Source: Octopus vulgaris (Eukaryota). Taken from it: a stretch of 64,000 bases of DNA. Made by a program: the position numbers and the translations under genes. The stretch spans positions 47,368,001-47,432,000 of the forward strand of contig OX597827.1 in the NCBI GenBank assembly GCA_951406725.2, in the 5' to 3' direction. This document shows, in pieces, positions 28,496 through 44,285 of this stretch. Position 1 is the first letter of the stretch. Every line of letters begins with the position of its first letter. The notes below the pieces were generated by a model that had not been told where the DNA came from, searched no databases, and saw nothing but the letters and a program-made list of their open reading frames with translations.

Positions 28496-28911
28496 TCACA
28501 TATGAGTGTATGATGGATTTGATGATGCAAGCATAACATATACAAAGTATGCCGCACATTTTTAAGTCTTAGCCAGTCTAGATAAATCTCTTCTGTATCT
28601 CAAGCATAATTTAAGCATTCACATTCATTAATTTAACTTGGGAGACCAGAGATGCACTCCCAGAGGCATGGCTGCCAAGATACACAAAATAATCCACTAC
28701 ATGGTTCCTTGGAACCTTGTATACTTAGTTTCTCAATGTCTTTTCCCGAAGCAGATATAACATTCGTTTTAGTATTCTTGCTTCTTCTTTTTTTCAAAAT
28801 TTCTAGAAGCATTACTAAAACTGGGGAAGACGCTTTTATTGTTTTGAACTAACTTTCTTAGTAATCCAGAAGATAGCAATTGCCTTTATACAATACATCT
28901 TTTGGGAGAGA

Positions 28912-29276
28912 AGGCCAGTAGATTAGATAGACACCAGTACGCAACTGGTGCTTAATTTATCGATCCCGAAAGGATGCAAGGCGAAGTCGACCTCAGCGGA
29001 ATTCGAACTCAGAATAAAATACTGCTAAGACAAACGAAATACCTATTTCTTTACTACCCACAATGGGCTAAACACAGAGAGGACAAACAAGGACAGACAA
29101 ACGGATTAAGTCGATTATATCGACCACAGTGCGTAACTGGTGCTTAATTTATCGACCTCGAAATGATGCAAGGCAAAGTCGATCTCAGTGAAATTTGAAC
29201 TCGGAACGTAACGGAAGACGAATTACCGCTAAGCATTTCGCCCAGCGAGCTAACGTTTCTGCCAGCCCGCCGCCTT
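28912..29276 (-). mobile_element. SINE family B with duplicated core
   Basis: Two copies of AACTGGTGCTTAATTTATCGA..GAAA.GATGCAAGGC.AAGTCGA..TCAG.G.AATT.GAACTC; ends in GCCGCCTT. Confidence 0.85.
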
Positions 29277-29291
29277 AGAAAGGAATTGGTG

Positions 29292-29662
29292 GCACTCCGT
29301 CGGTTACGACGACGAGGGTTCCAATTGATCCGATCAACGGAACAGCCTGCTTCTGAAATTAACGTGCAAGTGCTTGAGCACTTCACAGACACGTGTACCC
29401 ATGACATAGTTCTCTGGAAGAATTAAGTGTGACATGATTGACCGTTTGAAATACAGGTAAAACAGAAAGAAATAGTGAGCAGTGAGAAAGAAAGTTGTGG
29501 TGAAAAAGTACAGTAAGGTTCACCACCACACCCTGCCGGAGCCTCGTGGAACTTTAGGTGTTTTTGCTCAATAAACACTCAGAAAGCCCTGTCTAGGAAT
29601 CGAATACGCAATCCTACGACTGCGAGTCCGCTGCCCTAACCACTGGGCTATTGCGTCTCCAC
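29292..29662 (-). mobile_element. tRNA-derived SINE family C
   Basis: GCACTCCGTCGGTTACGACGA...CCCTAACCACTGGGCTATTGCGTCTCCAC; colinear with 55520-55899. Confidence 0.9.
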
Positions 29663-30050
29663 AGAAACAATTGCATTAAATAAAAAAAAATGACTGTGCT
29701 GTCTTCTATAATTGCTACTGAGTGAAGTAGTACGTTTAAATTTTATATTCCTGATGTTGATGTTAGTGACTTCGCATTGAAACAAGTACCTTGTACTGAT
29801 TCTCTGTTTGAGCAATTGAATTTTGTGATAAATTTCATTAAGTTCTTCAATAACATGATCCTTTCATGAATGTGATTAGGAAGAATATATGTATACACAC
29901 ACACACTCACACACACACACACTCACACTCACACACACTCACACTCACACACACTCACACACACACACCCGTGCGTGTGGTGTCCCCATATTTATTGCGA
30001 CTTCAACCTCATGGTATGCCACATCAAGTATGTTCCTATTAGTTCCAGGG

Positions 30051-30077
<27 letters not shown>

Positions 30078-30082
<5 letters not shown>

Positions 30083-30412
30083 CATGGCTCAGTGGTTAGA
30101 GCGTCGAGCTTACGATCGTGAGGTTGTGAGCTCGAATCCCGGACCGGGCTGCGTGTTGTGTTCTTGAGCAAGACACTTTATTTCACGTTGCTCCAGTTCA
30201 CTCAGCTGTAGAAATGAGTTGCGACGTCACAGGTGCCAAGCTGTATCGACCTTTGTCTTTCCCTTGGATAACACTGGTGGCGTGGAGAGGGGAGGCCGGT
30301 ATGCATGGGCGACTGCTGGTCTTCCATAAAACAACCTTGCCCAGACTTGTGCCTCAGAGGGTAACTCTCTAGGTGCAAACCCATGGTCACTCATGACCGA
30401 AGGGGGTCTTTA
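30078..30412 (+). mobile_element. tRNA-derived SINE family D
   Basis: tRNA-like head GCGCGCATGGCTCAGTGGTTAGAGCG...GAGCTCGAATCCC, followed by TGTGTTCTTGAGCAAGACACTT and a non-tRNA body. Confidence 0.8.
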
Positions 30413-30433
30413 CTTATATACATACAGACTTAC

Positions 30434-30519
<86 letters not shown>

Positions 30520-30524
30520 CTCTC

Positions 30525-30581
<57 letters not shown>

Positions 30582-30628
30582 ATATATATATATATATATA
30601 TATATCCATATATATATCTATATATCTA

Positions 30629-30711
<83 letters not shown>
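30434..30711. repeat. (TATC)n/(TA)n compound microsatellite
   Basis: Read directly. Confidence 0.95.
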
Positions 30712-30716
<5 letters not shown>

Positions 30717-31317
30717 CTTCCATAAGAAGAAGTTAAGAAGAGAGCATGAAAGAGAGTAAATGAAATGTGTGTCAGAGAAAAAAAGAAAAGCGATATAATT
30801 TGTGGATGAAGAAAGTTAATAAGATTACTGTGATGTCTATTTTTCTTTTTATTATAGAAATATTTCTTCATGTAGTAAACAATTATTTTATCGTATCTGG
30901 TTGCACGGCAGGCTTCTCTCTTTCACTATATTTCTGTACTTGGAACATTTGCTTCGAAATATATTTGAATGCAACATATGTTTGTAACATTTTCACGGCT
31001 TTATTCAATGTAATTCGCTAAAATCATTAGTTAAATTCTATATAGCAATGCTTTTTTCAAGTTGATGGCTCAAAGCATTGGAAGCCTTATACATACAAAA
31101 TGTATTTTCCTTTTTCAGATGTTAAAGAAATTACTTCATTGCTTTTCGAATCGGACTGTCTATAATTTAGGAAGAAAAGATATTTCAGCGATTGAGAGAT
31201 ATAGTTGTTTTTCGGGTATATGGTTTAGAATAAATCCCGGAATCTTGTCACATTTATTCTAGACTTATTTTATACAAATAGAGACACATATCTATCAATC
31301 ATCTATCAATCAGTCAC

Positions 31318-31561
<244 letters not shown>

Positions 31562-32632
31562 AATTAACTTCTCAGTCTGCTTGTGTGTCTGTCTCCCTGT
31601 TTATTTGTGTGTGTGCGTGTGTGTGTATGTGTACATGCACACATACACACACATACACACATACGCGCACACACAAAAGAATAAACATATGCATCTGTGT
31701 AATATATGCACTACAGTAGTCTCAAACGTTTATTTGCACCCGAAATAGTATATCAAAATTTTCTTGTGGAATTTTCTCTCCAGGAAAACATTAATTGTAA
31801 CTATACAAAACACTAGCTTAGGGAGAGAGACTTGTTCAGGAAATGTGAAATTGCGTGTAAGAAATTCCTATCTTTCCACCTATCGTTTTTCTATTGCTGA
31901 ACAATTAACAATCTAGTATAGAATAAAAAAAAACAAAACAAATAAGGTATGCCTTTTAAACTACGAAAAAATTTTGCTTTATAAGAAACGTCTATCTCGA
32001 CAGATTTGCCACAAGTTAAACCGTGCTTATAATTACAAAGGAAGATGAAATATTACTCTACATGGCTATCAACGAAAAAGAACTTTAGAAACATTCACAA
32101 TATTTCATTGTTTAGAAAGATTTAAATGCGGATGTTCTGTACACCTTCTTTAATCTTTGATGTAAATTCCTACCTTTCATGTCGGACCCAACATAACTTA
32201 AACTACAAAAGATTTTCTGTTCAGTAATATTTTAATCAAGCAAGAATGCCAGTCTCATGTAACACAATAAAACATCCACGAATGATAAAAACGATAGAAG
32301 TTACGAAAGTATCTTCAAACAGGAAAACCTGACCCGAATACATCCAACGGAGTAGGGATCAAGGCACCCGCAGTGAGATGTAGAGTGGTAAGGTGTCTAA
32401 CCCAGGTGACAAATTAAGTTTATTTCTCAAGTGAGTTATAGAACACTTTCAACGCCGAGAGCATCAAACCAAAAGTTTGTAATTTTCACTCAATCCAATA
32501 CATTGTGTTGGTACGTACTTATCGACGCCCGAAAGTTGAAAATGTAATGCTGATCAGAATTAGCAATTACCGAAAAACATTCTGGTCGCAGCTCTCACGA
32601 CTCATCAAATTTGACGCCTACCCAGTATATAT

Positions 32633-32675
<43 letters not shown>

Positions 32676-32765
32676 TTATTTATATTCCTGAGCGCCATAC
32701 TAATACAATTATTTGTTTGTATTCCACCTGCCTTCGTCTTTTGTTTATTTTCATAAAGCTTCCCG

Positions 32766-32859
<94 letters not shown>

Positions 32860-32978
32860 GTAGAAAAGCAGGCAGACAAACAGGTAGAAAGATAGGTAGA
32901 CAAACATACTGATGGACAGATTGATAAATAGGTAGACAGATAGACAGGCAGACAAATAGATAGATAAATAGATAGATG

Positions 32979-33050
<72 letters not shown>

Positions 33051-33669
33051 CGTGAAAAAGAAATCATACAGAAAAACATGTCCATAATGTATGCATGCAT
33101 TCATGTACGCATATATGTATAAAGAACTGTAAATTAGAAACTAAACCCTCAGCAGTGTCATTATGCCCCACAATGAAGAGGATACCGATGTATCTGACCT
33201 GGGCGCTCGTCAGAGGATCAAATGTCCTCTAGCATGTTATAGTAATTTATAATACACACGGAATTCATATATACATTATGAGAGGATTCACACACACACG
33301 CGCACACACACGCACGCACACACGCACACACACACAAACATATATATTCACGTCTATGTTCGTATGAATTTTGCATTGAATTAATATGAAATTCCTATAT
33401 TCCAAGCCTTCAATCTATCTCAAAACCTTTTTGACTCTTATTTGACGTTTATACACTCCCAACCTCCCAACATAATTTATCTAATCCCCTTTCCTTATTC
33501 CTATATTCTTTCTATCTATCAATGGCATAGTATATGTATGTATAAGACACACAGAAGCACACACAAATAAACACATATTGACAATTACATAACGATAAAA
33601 ATACATAAATACATATATTCAGACATTCATATATCTATATGTGTGTGTGTGTATGTATGTGTCTATATA

Positions 33670-33789
<120 letters not shown>

Positions 33790-34126
33790 CTTGCGTGTAT
33801 ATTTGTAGGCCAAAAGACATAGTGTATATATGAATGTATTATATGTAAAAGAATGCAGGCTATAACGATAAAGGTTGAGAATGGAACAATGAGATGAAAG
33901 AGTATAAGGAACATACAAGAACATGCAAGAAATAGAGTTGGAAAAAAAGAACCCCAAAATGTATAAGCCACATATGAATGAGTTGGGTACGAATTCAGGA
34001 AGATAGATTTAGAGATGTCAAAGGAAATTAATGTATGCGAAGAAAGACGAAAAGGGCAGATAAGGAAATAGCAATAGCATCAATGAAGAATGGAGGCGGA
34101 ATAAGGGAATTCAAAAATGGGGAACA

Positions 34127-34209
<83 letters not shown>

Positions 34210-34230
34210 ATACATAGGTGTATGTATATA

Positions 34231-34641
34231 CAGGAGTGGCTGTGTGGTAAGTAGCTTGCTAACCAACCACATGGCTCTGGGTTCAGTCCCCCTGCGTGGC
34301 ATCTTGGGCAAGTGTCTTCTGCTATAGCCCCGGGCCGACCAATGCCTTGTGAGTGGATTTGGTAGACGGAAACTGAAAGAAGCCTGTCGTATATATATGT
34401 GTGTGTGTGTGTGTTTGTGTGTCTGTTTGTCCCCCTGGCATTGCTTGACAACCGATGCTGGTGTGTTTACGTCCGCGTCACTTAGCGGTTCGGCAAAAAG
34501 AGACCGATAGAAAGAGACCGATAGAATAAGTACTGGGCTTACAAAGAATAAGTCCCGGGGTCGATTTGCTCGACTAAAGGCGGTGCTCCAGCATGGCCGC
34601 AGTCAAATGACTGAAACAGGTAAAAGAGTAAAAGAGTAAAG
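34231..34641 (+). mobile_element. tRNA-derived SINE family A, full length
   Basis: Highly similar to 16998-17400. Confidence 0.92.
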
Positions 34642-34937
34642 ATATATATATATATATATATATAATATATTTATTTCCAAAAAAAGAAGTTTGAAACGCC
34701 TCTGTATATGATAAATTTTAATTTTCTTAGAGCTTTTATGTTTCGGTTCTTCTTGAAAAAAAAACGAACCTAATCAAAAATAACACCCTGGACCAAGAAC
34801 ATTAAAGCATAAATTGGGTATTCACAAACAAAAAAAGGAATTCTACAAGTCCAACCACAACTACCCCTACCACCACGATCACAACTACCACTGCAAACAA
34901 TGGTCTCTGCTAATGCTGCTATTACAGCCGACGGTCA

Positions 34938-34963
34938 CTACTACTACCACTACAACTACTACA

Positions 34964-35034
<71 letters not shown>
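34938..35034. repeat. (ACT)n microsatellite
   Basis: Read directly. Confidence 0.95.
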
Positions 35035-35206
35035 AGTATTAATAAAATAGATGGAATGTGTAATAAACTTTATTATCCACCAAAGGAGCCTCAAATGCAA
35101 AATATAAGCTAGTCCTAGAGCGTACAATGTTCCTGAAGGTCAGCAATGACCTCTCTCCGTCACGAGTGGACGGCCATCATATATGTGTGTGTGTGTGTAT
35201 TTGCAT

Positions 35207-35273
<67 letters not shown>

Positions 35274-35550
35274 GCTTTATTCGTTCGCTACCTTATCTCC
35301 CTTTTCTCTTTCCCTGTCACTCATTGCACTTCCTGTGTGTCTCACTCTTGTCTTAATTTCTTTGAATGTAAGTTTGAATATAGATCCTCAGATATATAGA
35401 GAGATAGATAGGTGTATATGAATACATAGACCATTTACATAGGTAAATACCTTTTAAGGTTAAATTAATAAACGACTTGTTTATAAGTTGTATATATATA
35501 TATACATATGTACGTATATATATATCCATATATCGATATAAAAATGTATG

Positions 35551-35582
<32 letters not shown>

Positions 35583-35733
35583 GCTAGATACATACATACA
35601 TACATATGTACGTATATATACATCCATATATACATATATATATATATGCATATGTATAGATATATGTATATATATATGTATATATATATACATATATACA
35701 TACATATATACATATATAAACATCCATATATTC

Positions 35734-35785
<52 letters not shown>

Positions 35786-38700
35786 ATATATCTATGTATA
35801 TATCAATGTATATAAATTTATATATATATATATATATATATGCGTGGGGATGGACACAATAAGGTTACTTAGAAATGGTGCGTGATACGATATATATATA
35901 TATATTGTAACTCCTACGTGTAACTTATTGTGAAAAATTTGACTGACAATAATAAGATATATTATTATTATTATTATTATTATTATTGTTGTTGTTGTTT
36001 TGATTTTCATAGTCTTCATCGTCACCAGCTACATTCCTAATCTCAATATCAATATCCTAATCATTATTGCCATCCTCTTTATCGCAATTATAATCCCCAA
36101 CTTTAATATGACTACTATACACCTGTTTGAATATCATAGCTAACGGTTATCTTCACTGTTATCGTGACATGATATATCGGGATTTTCATCATTTCTATCT
36201 TATTTGTGATTCACAAAAACCTATAAAACGTATATAAAAGCAGCAGCAACAACAACAACAGCAACAGCAACAGCAACAAAAACCACATCAACAACAACAA
36301 AATATGACAAAGTCATCTTATGTACTTACCACCGTAGGCATACGTGGAAAAATACAAATTGTTAAATAAAACGAAACGAACAGAAAGAAAACGAAAATGA
36401 TTTCTCTTTCAAAATTAGATTATATGTTTTCTATATTTTGAATATATGAAGAAAAATATAAACATAAACAAAAAGAAAATAAAAAATTGCTTTCAAAATA
36501 TCTGTAGTTAAAAATGAAACTCTGTGATATGAATTCAACTTGCATGATTTTAATTATTTTCGGCTTTATTCTGCGTAGTTTCTTTTTAAATTTATTTCTC
36601 GTTCCACTCAGAAAATCACATCACAAACCTCATTGAAATAAATTTACTTTTCGTGTGCGGAAAAACGGGTTAAAACGAAAACATATTGCAAAAAGAAATT
36701 TGAACATCTTTTTTATCACTTAATGCTTTCATATTTCATCTACTGGTTAAAACATTAAATATTTATTTTTGAAAATATATTTACAAATATTGACGGCAGA
36801 TATAAATATATATTTGATTAAAGATCTTATTTAATGTAATGACTGAATATAAACTACCAAATGAAATGTATAAATGTTTCTGCAATTAGAAGTTTAATAT
36901 GGGTTTAAAAAAGTTTGTGTGTGATTCAGTCAACGCAGTTAGTGTACATACAATTAAGGCGTACCAAGAGTTCGTATTAACTTTGTGATATCGCACAACT
37001 TCCAGATAAAAAAGATACAATGTTTTGTATCCAGTTCTGACCGCCTGATCAATTAATTGGCCAAAAGACGAGAAATTATTCATTGATTCGTCATTCTGAG
37101 TATACCATACTGGGTAGAAATCAGAATATTTAATCACACTTCATTCCCTTGCGTGATCGATAAACTATAATTATCTCCATACAACCTCTATCTGTCTCAG
37201 TGTTGTGTCCTTATCACTTGTTCAAGCAAACTGCATGGAACCTACTTGCAGTGTTTCTGTTCTCTATCCACAAAAAAATACAGGCTCCCTATGTTGTTTT
37301 TGATTATTATGTTTTTGCTCTTTATACAATCAGAGAATAGGTCTGCATGTATGATTCTTATGTTGTGTATCTAGGTCATGTGTTCATTGTTTGTAGTCGA
37401 TGTACAGAATATTATTCCCATCTGTGTTTCCTTCTATGCCTACATCCTATGCCAATTTACAGAACAATTATCGTGTGCAGTGGGCAACCAAAAGATACAC
37501 AATAATCAATTGTTGATTTTGGACCGTAGTTCTGATTTCAATTCCAATCAAAAACTGAATATGTTTACAGTTTATTTGAGCATTGTATCAAATCATGATC
37601 GATTTAAAAATGATCAAAGACTTTATATACGTAACTATTTTCTCCATTTAGAAGCAAATCAACTACATCAATTTGGGGGAAAATATTCAAGAAAGCAAGA
37701 AGAGATTTAAGAGATATTAAGCTGCTATTTACAGGAGCTGGAGCGATTTGGCATAGACATTCTTGTTGGCTGTCAGGAAAGCAAAATATCAAGCAAGCAA
37801 AATAGCCATGATGTTGGAATGGTTTTTAAAGAATGATATCTACTTAAACAATACCGCATCACCAGTTTGCACCGTTTCACCTCACTTGCGAATACTATTT
37901 CTTGTCTCAGAATGTGTCAAAATGTCACACCACTAATCTCCTATCTTTTGGTAGCAAAATGAACATTAACTCATCTTCCGCCTTAGCAACTCCACCCTTG
38001 AGGTAGGAATAGTGTACTGAAAACACCCTAAAACACTGCTTTCCATTTTCACACATTCATCCCATCATAGTACACTACATATTAACAGATTAATTTCACT
38101 CAACGAATACACCATCTTATAGACCTGTACATGCAAACAGAGTGAAATAACCCTACTACATCTGAACATAGACATAGCCACACATGGCATATCTGCGCGC
38201 GCACACACAGATGCACAGATATACATATCATCCCAATTTCAACCAATAGACGTCCCCCGACCAACTACATACTCACTCATCACCCCATAAAAAAACACAC
38301 ATTGCGTATACGTACCTCCATTTCCCACACAATTATTCTACACATCATTGCATTCGCGCAAACTCCAGTATACTGGAATCCCTACAATCCCCCGTTCGAT
38401 TTCATTCTCTGGTTAGTGGTTTATTCCTCCTTTCTCTTCCGATTCTCTTCGATTCCTCTATATCCATTTAATCTAAGTATGATGCAGATAATGACTTGCC
38501 TTAGCGGTTCACTCCACTCCTAGTTTCTTTCTAACCGAAACCTGCTACGTAAATAAAAATCTACTTGTATCGCACATTCAATTCTCTTTCCAGGTCTCCC
38601 AAATGTCATTCTATTCTGCAATGTTTCTCTGTGATAAAGTGCAACACACAAAACATCAGTTTCTCCTCCATTTCTGTCTTGTTTTAAACCCTCTTGTACA

Positions 38701-39859
38701 CTACTTTGTTTGTTGTATATTTTCGCTTTATATTTTTACACTTCTGAAATAAGTTTATTTCTTTGAATCTATCTTTTGTCTCTTCTTCACCTCAAATTTT
38801 ACTGTAACGTTATGTTTGTGATTTTTACCAGCAAATTCATAATACATACATACACAGGCACACACAGGCACACACAGACACAGGCATGTATATGTGTTTG
38901 TGCGTGGTTATTGTGTGCATGTACATACATCTGTACTTATACACATAGATGTGTATAGGCCTTATATACGAGCACTTTTCTAGTATCTCTAAGTAATAAA
39001 GATTCACAAAATGTTTTTCCATTTCTGCTTGCAAGGGAAATGTAAATTAAGGGAAAAATAATAATTGGAATGCCACTTGAAACGAGAGAGAAACTAACTG
39101 GAGCATGAAGACGTCTTTGATGCGCAAAGAGAAATTTGCAATATATACTGTTGTTATATTTAAATCTTTGAATCTCAAAAAACTACTCAACAGAATAATG
39201 CCACCTTAAAAGGAAATCATTAGACTGTGGGCAAAAATATATAGTTGTATTGCACTCAAAAAAGAACCTACACACATACACATTCATGAATATATTTTAT
39301 ATCTATGTCTATATGTGAGTGGGATGAACATTTCGTATTCAAATTTTAAATAATTTTTTATATATTTTAGTTTACTTAAGCGAAAGTATGTCTGCGTACT
39401 TAAAAATTACGCTATGCAACACCGCCATTTCAGGTTCGATTCCCATGCAATTCTCCTCGGCAAAGTTTCTTCTACTGCAGACCTAGACAAATCATTGCAT
39501 TGCGAGGGAATTAAGTAGACAGAATCTTTATAGAAACCTGTCTTATATGCATATGCTTGGTGTTTTGTGGCTAACTAACTTTCCATGCTCTCAAAGTTTT
39601 ACGAGATAAACTTCTACAGATTCAATCGTTTGAATGACCGAAAGTAGAAATCTTTAAAATTCTATGTTTAGATTCAATAGTAAACAATTTTCCCTCCAAA
39701 TTCAACAATATATAAAATTCATGCTTTTGAATAAACGCACTACTTATATTGCCTATATCTGTAGATGTTCCCTCTCTTCCTCTTTCGCTCTTATGTATAT
39801 AACTTTGATCACTCTCCACCATTCTCTCTTATCTGTCTATCTATCTATCTATCTATCTA

Positions 39860-39955
<96 letters not shown>

Positions 39956-40208
39956 TATACACACATATATATATATACCTATATATACATGTATGTATGT
40001 ATGCTTTTTTATTTTTCTTAACAGTATTATTTACTATGAACTGATAAAACAAAAGGAAACACCATTCATGTGCTTTAAATTACTATCATCAATCATACAT
40101 AATATGAGAATCTTTTTTCACTTGTTAAACACAATCTTAAATCTAGTGTTCGCGAAAAGAGTAAGTCTCGTGTATATGCATATATGTATTCATACAGGTA
40201 TGTATGCA

Positions 40209-40290
<82 letters not shown>

Positions 40291-40519
40291 CATATGTACA
40301 TGTATATGTATATATAAATATATATATATCTACGTGTACATATATACATATATACATATACACACATACGTAGAAATGTATATAACTTATACCTGTATAT
40401 GTAGAGATTACGTACATATATTTCGTATATATATGTATATATATAGTCATGCATAGTCACACATAAATACTATGCTACCACACACTCTCACGCAAAGACA
40501 CACACACATACATACATAA

Positions 40520-40577
<58 letters not shown>

Positions 40578-40620
40578 ATATATATAAAGGATACATATAT
40601 ATGTACATATATATATATAC

Positions 40621-40687
<67 letters not shown>

Positions 40688-41294
40688 GGATGAGAGAGTG
40701 CTTGAGAGACTGGGAGAAAAAGACGGAAGTGGATTCTGGAAAATATAAGCTGTTTGAGAAAATCTGTTTCACATCCAGAATTTTTAATTCTATTCTGCTG
40801 TTAAAACTTACTTTCTTTTAACGTCTTTTAGAGATGTAATTTAATTTACCTGTGATTATTTTATTTGTTTGTTTCTTTTATTTTCTCACCTTACTTCAAT
40901 TCTCATCGAATATTCAGGTTGATTCAATGCAGCTTCAACAGTTAATGTTTTACTGCGGAGTAGCTTATCAAGCAAACACTGCTGAAAGTAAGAAAAGAGA
41001 AACGAGAATTTCGATAATATTTTATAGTGAACGGCCACGTAATCCTATCTGATTGAATTCAACACTGAAAACAGCAGGAGCACTATAGAATTCTCGTGCA
41101 TTTCATTCGTTTGTCGAAATCAGTCTCCGCTCTCGGAATAATATTGAAATTATTTGTTATGGATTCTGCCAGGTTAATTATCATTTTATTCTCTTAAAAG
41201 AAAGTAGTCTGCGAAAACATGAAAAATGAAGTGGTATTAAAAAGTTATAGTTATGTTTAATAAAAAAATACCTTATTTATCTGAGTTTTAAAAG

Positions 41295-42108
41295 TATCTC
41301 CTTCGGAACAGTCTCCTTGCGCTTCAATACACTAGTCCCCGCGTTCCTGCCACTTTTGGAATCTTGCCTGGAAGTGGTTTTCCGTAAGCGAATCTTCTGC
41401 GATCTGCTCTTGATCTCGTTAACGATGTTAAAACGGTGACATTGGAGCTGAATCTACATCTTAGGGAAGAGATAGAAGTTCGCAGCTGCTATATCAGGCA
41501 AATAAGGTGGATGCAGAAGCGATTCGATGTTGTTTTTGGCGAGACACTCATGAGTGAGGGGAGCTCAGTAACTGAGTGCACTGATGTCGTGGAGTATCCA
41601 GACGTTAGGGTCGCCTACACGGACCCATACCACAGACTAAAAGCATCAGCAATACTATTGATTGTCCTCCGTCGATTCTCATGCACGAGCTGAAAAATTT
41701 TCTTCACGTTTTCGGGCCTGACGCTCGTAATAGTTCTTCCAACTCGTTCCTCATCTTCCACGGACGATCTTCAGGTTTTGAAGCCCCCGTACCACTCTAA
41801 ATATTACCGCTCTGCCGTTAGCTTGCGAAAGCATGATAAATATCTCTGTAGCTTCCCAAGTTTAACGGAAAATTTCACGCTGACACTTTGTTCCTGTCCA
41901 TGACAAAATCGAAGACTACAGCATGTATGTGATCTCCCCAATAAAAAAAAGGAAAAATATATTCGCAACTTGTGACGTAAGCACAGCGATGACACTCGGC
42001 ACACTGCCTCATGAAAATCACTGCTAGCTCTCACTGCGCACATAACTGTGCTGCGATCTTTTGGCGCGCTACAGAACTAGTCCGGGAACCTCTTGGCACC
42101 ATTTCGTA
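41295..42108 (-). mobile_element. mariner (DD34D-type) transposon, internally deleted and decayed
   Basis: N-terminus EQSVSVKFSVKLGK and EDEERVGRTITSVRPENVKKIFQLVHENRRRTI. C-terminal YSPDLAP-like PYLPDIAA and FQKWQERGTSV..GDCSEG. TIR-like TACGAAATGGTGCCAAGAGGTTCCCGGAC at 42080-42108. Confidence 0.8.
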
Positions 42109-42214
42109 TCTAATGTGAACTAATAGTAGCGTTTTTCTAACATCCAGGATACTTCATGGAAACCTTTCAATATATTAAGATCTCTGTATGGAGATCTTAA
42201 TATATCTCTCAAGA

Positions 42215-42790
42215 GACCGGAAGAATTAAGACATGGCATATTTCACAATTCACCATTGAAGTAGGAAGGAGCGTTACAAAACATTTCCTGCCTTTAGTTG
42301 GGCATTATTTCTCGATGGTCATAAATTTGATAACTTTCTCCACAAAATAATATAAATATGAGCCATAGCAGCCAGAAAAACTTATCAAATGTTGATAAAT
42401 GAAGCACCGTTAAATTGTTACAAATATGCGCAAACTAGAGGGATGTTAGAAGCAATTGTTGAAATTTAGAAAATTGCTTACCACACCAACAGAAAATGTT
42501 CTTCAGAAAGGCATTATACACTGTGCTTATGCCTCTACCAGTAATATATCAAGGGAACTGCTAAAGACAAGAGGCTATTCTATCAGCTGTAATTTGAAAT
42601 CCCGATAGAAGTTTGGCAAACGATTGACAAAACTGCAAGCAGCATCATGCAGACGGTATTAGATAAAGCCAACACATTTGTTAAAGGTTCGAAGTATTAC
42701 GAATTAACTTTTAAAAATGAAAATCCTCATGACTCACAATCTTACCTAAATCTTAAAGTTATTCTCTTTTAGTATACTTACCGTTTAACG
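42215..42790 (+). mobile_element. Penelope-like element relic (RT thumb/linker toward GIY-YIG)
   Basis: Manual translation with frameshifts: RRIKTWHISQFTIEVGRSVTKHFLPLVGHYF..GHKFDNF..NNINMSHSSQKNLS. This resembles the recalled PLE motif RKIIWFNPPFS..V.TNIGK.FL.LID.HFP..H...IFNRNTVKVSYSC..N. Confidence 0.55.
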
Positions 42791-43013
42791 TCCTGGTATT
42801 TCGCCTGGTGAATTTAGTATTGAAGACAACCAATTCCAAACATTTACATTGTTTGTGTACATGCACTGGTTACACTGTTACTACTGATCTGACTCCATTT
42901 TCATGTTGGGACACTGGGGTGTACAGTTGACAAAATAAGTGACTAAACTCAGGTTTAGAGTAAAAGTCGGTTGATCTGACACATAAGGACATACACACAC
43001 ACACATACACACA

Positions 43014-43105
<92 letters not shown>

Positions 43106-43111
43106 AGACAT

Positions 43112-43352
43112 GGGTGTGTGTTTGTGTGTGTGTGTTTGTGTGTGTGCATGTTTGTGTGACAGTGTTTGTCCTCCCACCATCGCTTGACAACCGATGCTTG
43201 TGTATTTGCGTCCCTGTAACCTAATGGTTCCACAAAAGAGACCAATAGAACAAATACTAAGCTTACAAAGAATAAGTCTTGGGACCTATTTGTTCGAGTA
43301 AAGGCAGTGCTCTAGGGCGACCGCAGTCAAATGACTGAAATAAATAAAAGAA
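43112..43352 (+). mobile_element. SINE family A, 3' half
   Basis: CATCGCTTGACAACCGATGC...CCGCAGTCAAATGACTGAAAT. Confidence 0.8.
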
Positions 43353-43670
43353 TGAAATAATAAAACAATATATATGTATATGTGTGCGTATATATATAAG
43401 AGTTACAAAATCGTGCATGTGGGAGATATCATATATGTCTCTCCTGCTTGTACCATTTTGTAGACTCCTATTCTCTAATGAAACACGTGTTATGCGAATA
43501 ACTGATACTCGATATTTCTCTAAACTCCAGTTTGTATATATATACAGGGTGATTAAAATGTCGCCATGCATAACAACAATTATCTTTATAAGAGGCACTT
43601 GTTTTATTTAACTGTTTCTTATGAAAAAATTATGTATGGTAACTTTTACATCATTCTGTATATATATATA

Positions 43671-44050
43671 CTAGCAGTATCGCCCGGCGTTGCTCAGGTT
43701 TGTAAGGGAAATAACTATAAAGCATTTTTAGAGAGTTATAGCCAAAAAATAGCAAAAAAATGGAAAAAAAATGATGGTAAATTTTTTTTGAGGGATAAAA
43801 AAGGTGGAGTTGCGTCCCCTAGACGGTCTGTGGTTTGGGTTTCAGATTCTCGACCCCATGTCGAATTTATCGATCTTTTTCAGAACTGGGGGAACTTTTC
43901 AAAATTTTCGCTGCGTTAGTTTTGAATTATGACATTGGGCTATGTGTGTGTCAAGTTTCATCAGAATCGGTTGAAAGCCGTGGTCAGAGTGAGGGTACGA
44001 GAAAACAGACACACAGAAAACGCACAGACAAACTGCCGTTTATATAGAGA
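43671..44050 (-). mobile_element. non-autonomous Helitron
   Basis: Minus strand starts TC(TCTATATAAACGGCAG) and ends with a GC-rich hairpin (CCTGAGCAACGCCGGG), then ATACTG-CTAG. Inserted between A and T in a TA tract, no TSD. Confidence 0.8.
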
Positions 44051-44248
44051 TATATATATATATATATATATATCAAGATATAAGTTATGATATAAAACTC
44101 GGAGGGATATAAATATCCAAGATAAGACTGGTCTTGTCAATGTTAATAAAATTTTATTAATCTTATCTCCATATTTTATCTTGTTTTTTTACAATTTTAT
44201 CCATATATATATATATATATACATATATACATGTATATTATGTATATG

Positions 44249-44285
<37 letters not shown>

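Noticed and set aside
30078-30150. tRNA gene
   Set aside because: The acceptor stem does not close and the sequence runs into a SINE body, so it is a SINE head.
33180-33232. CTGACGA on the minus strand next to small hairpins
   Set aside because: No GAAA or stem III/UH in the correct geometry.
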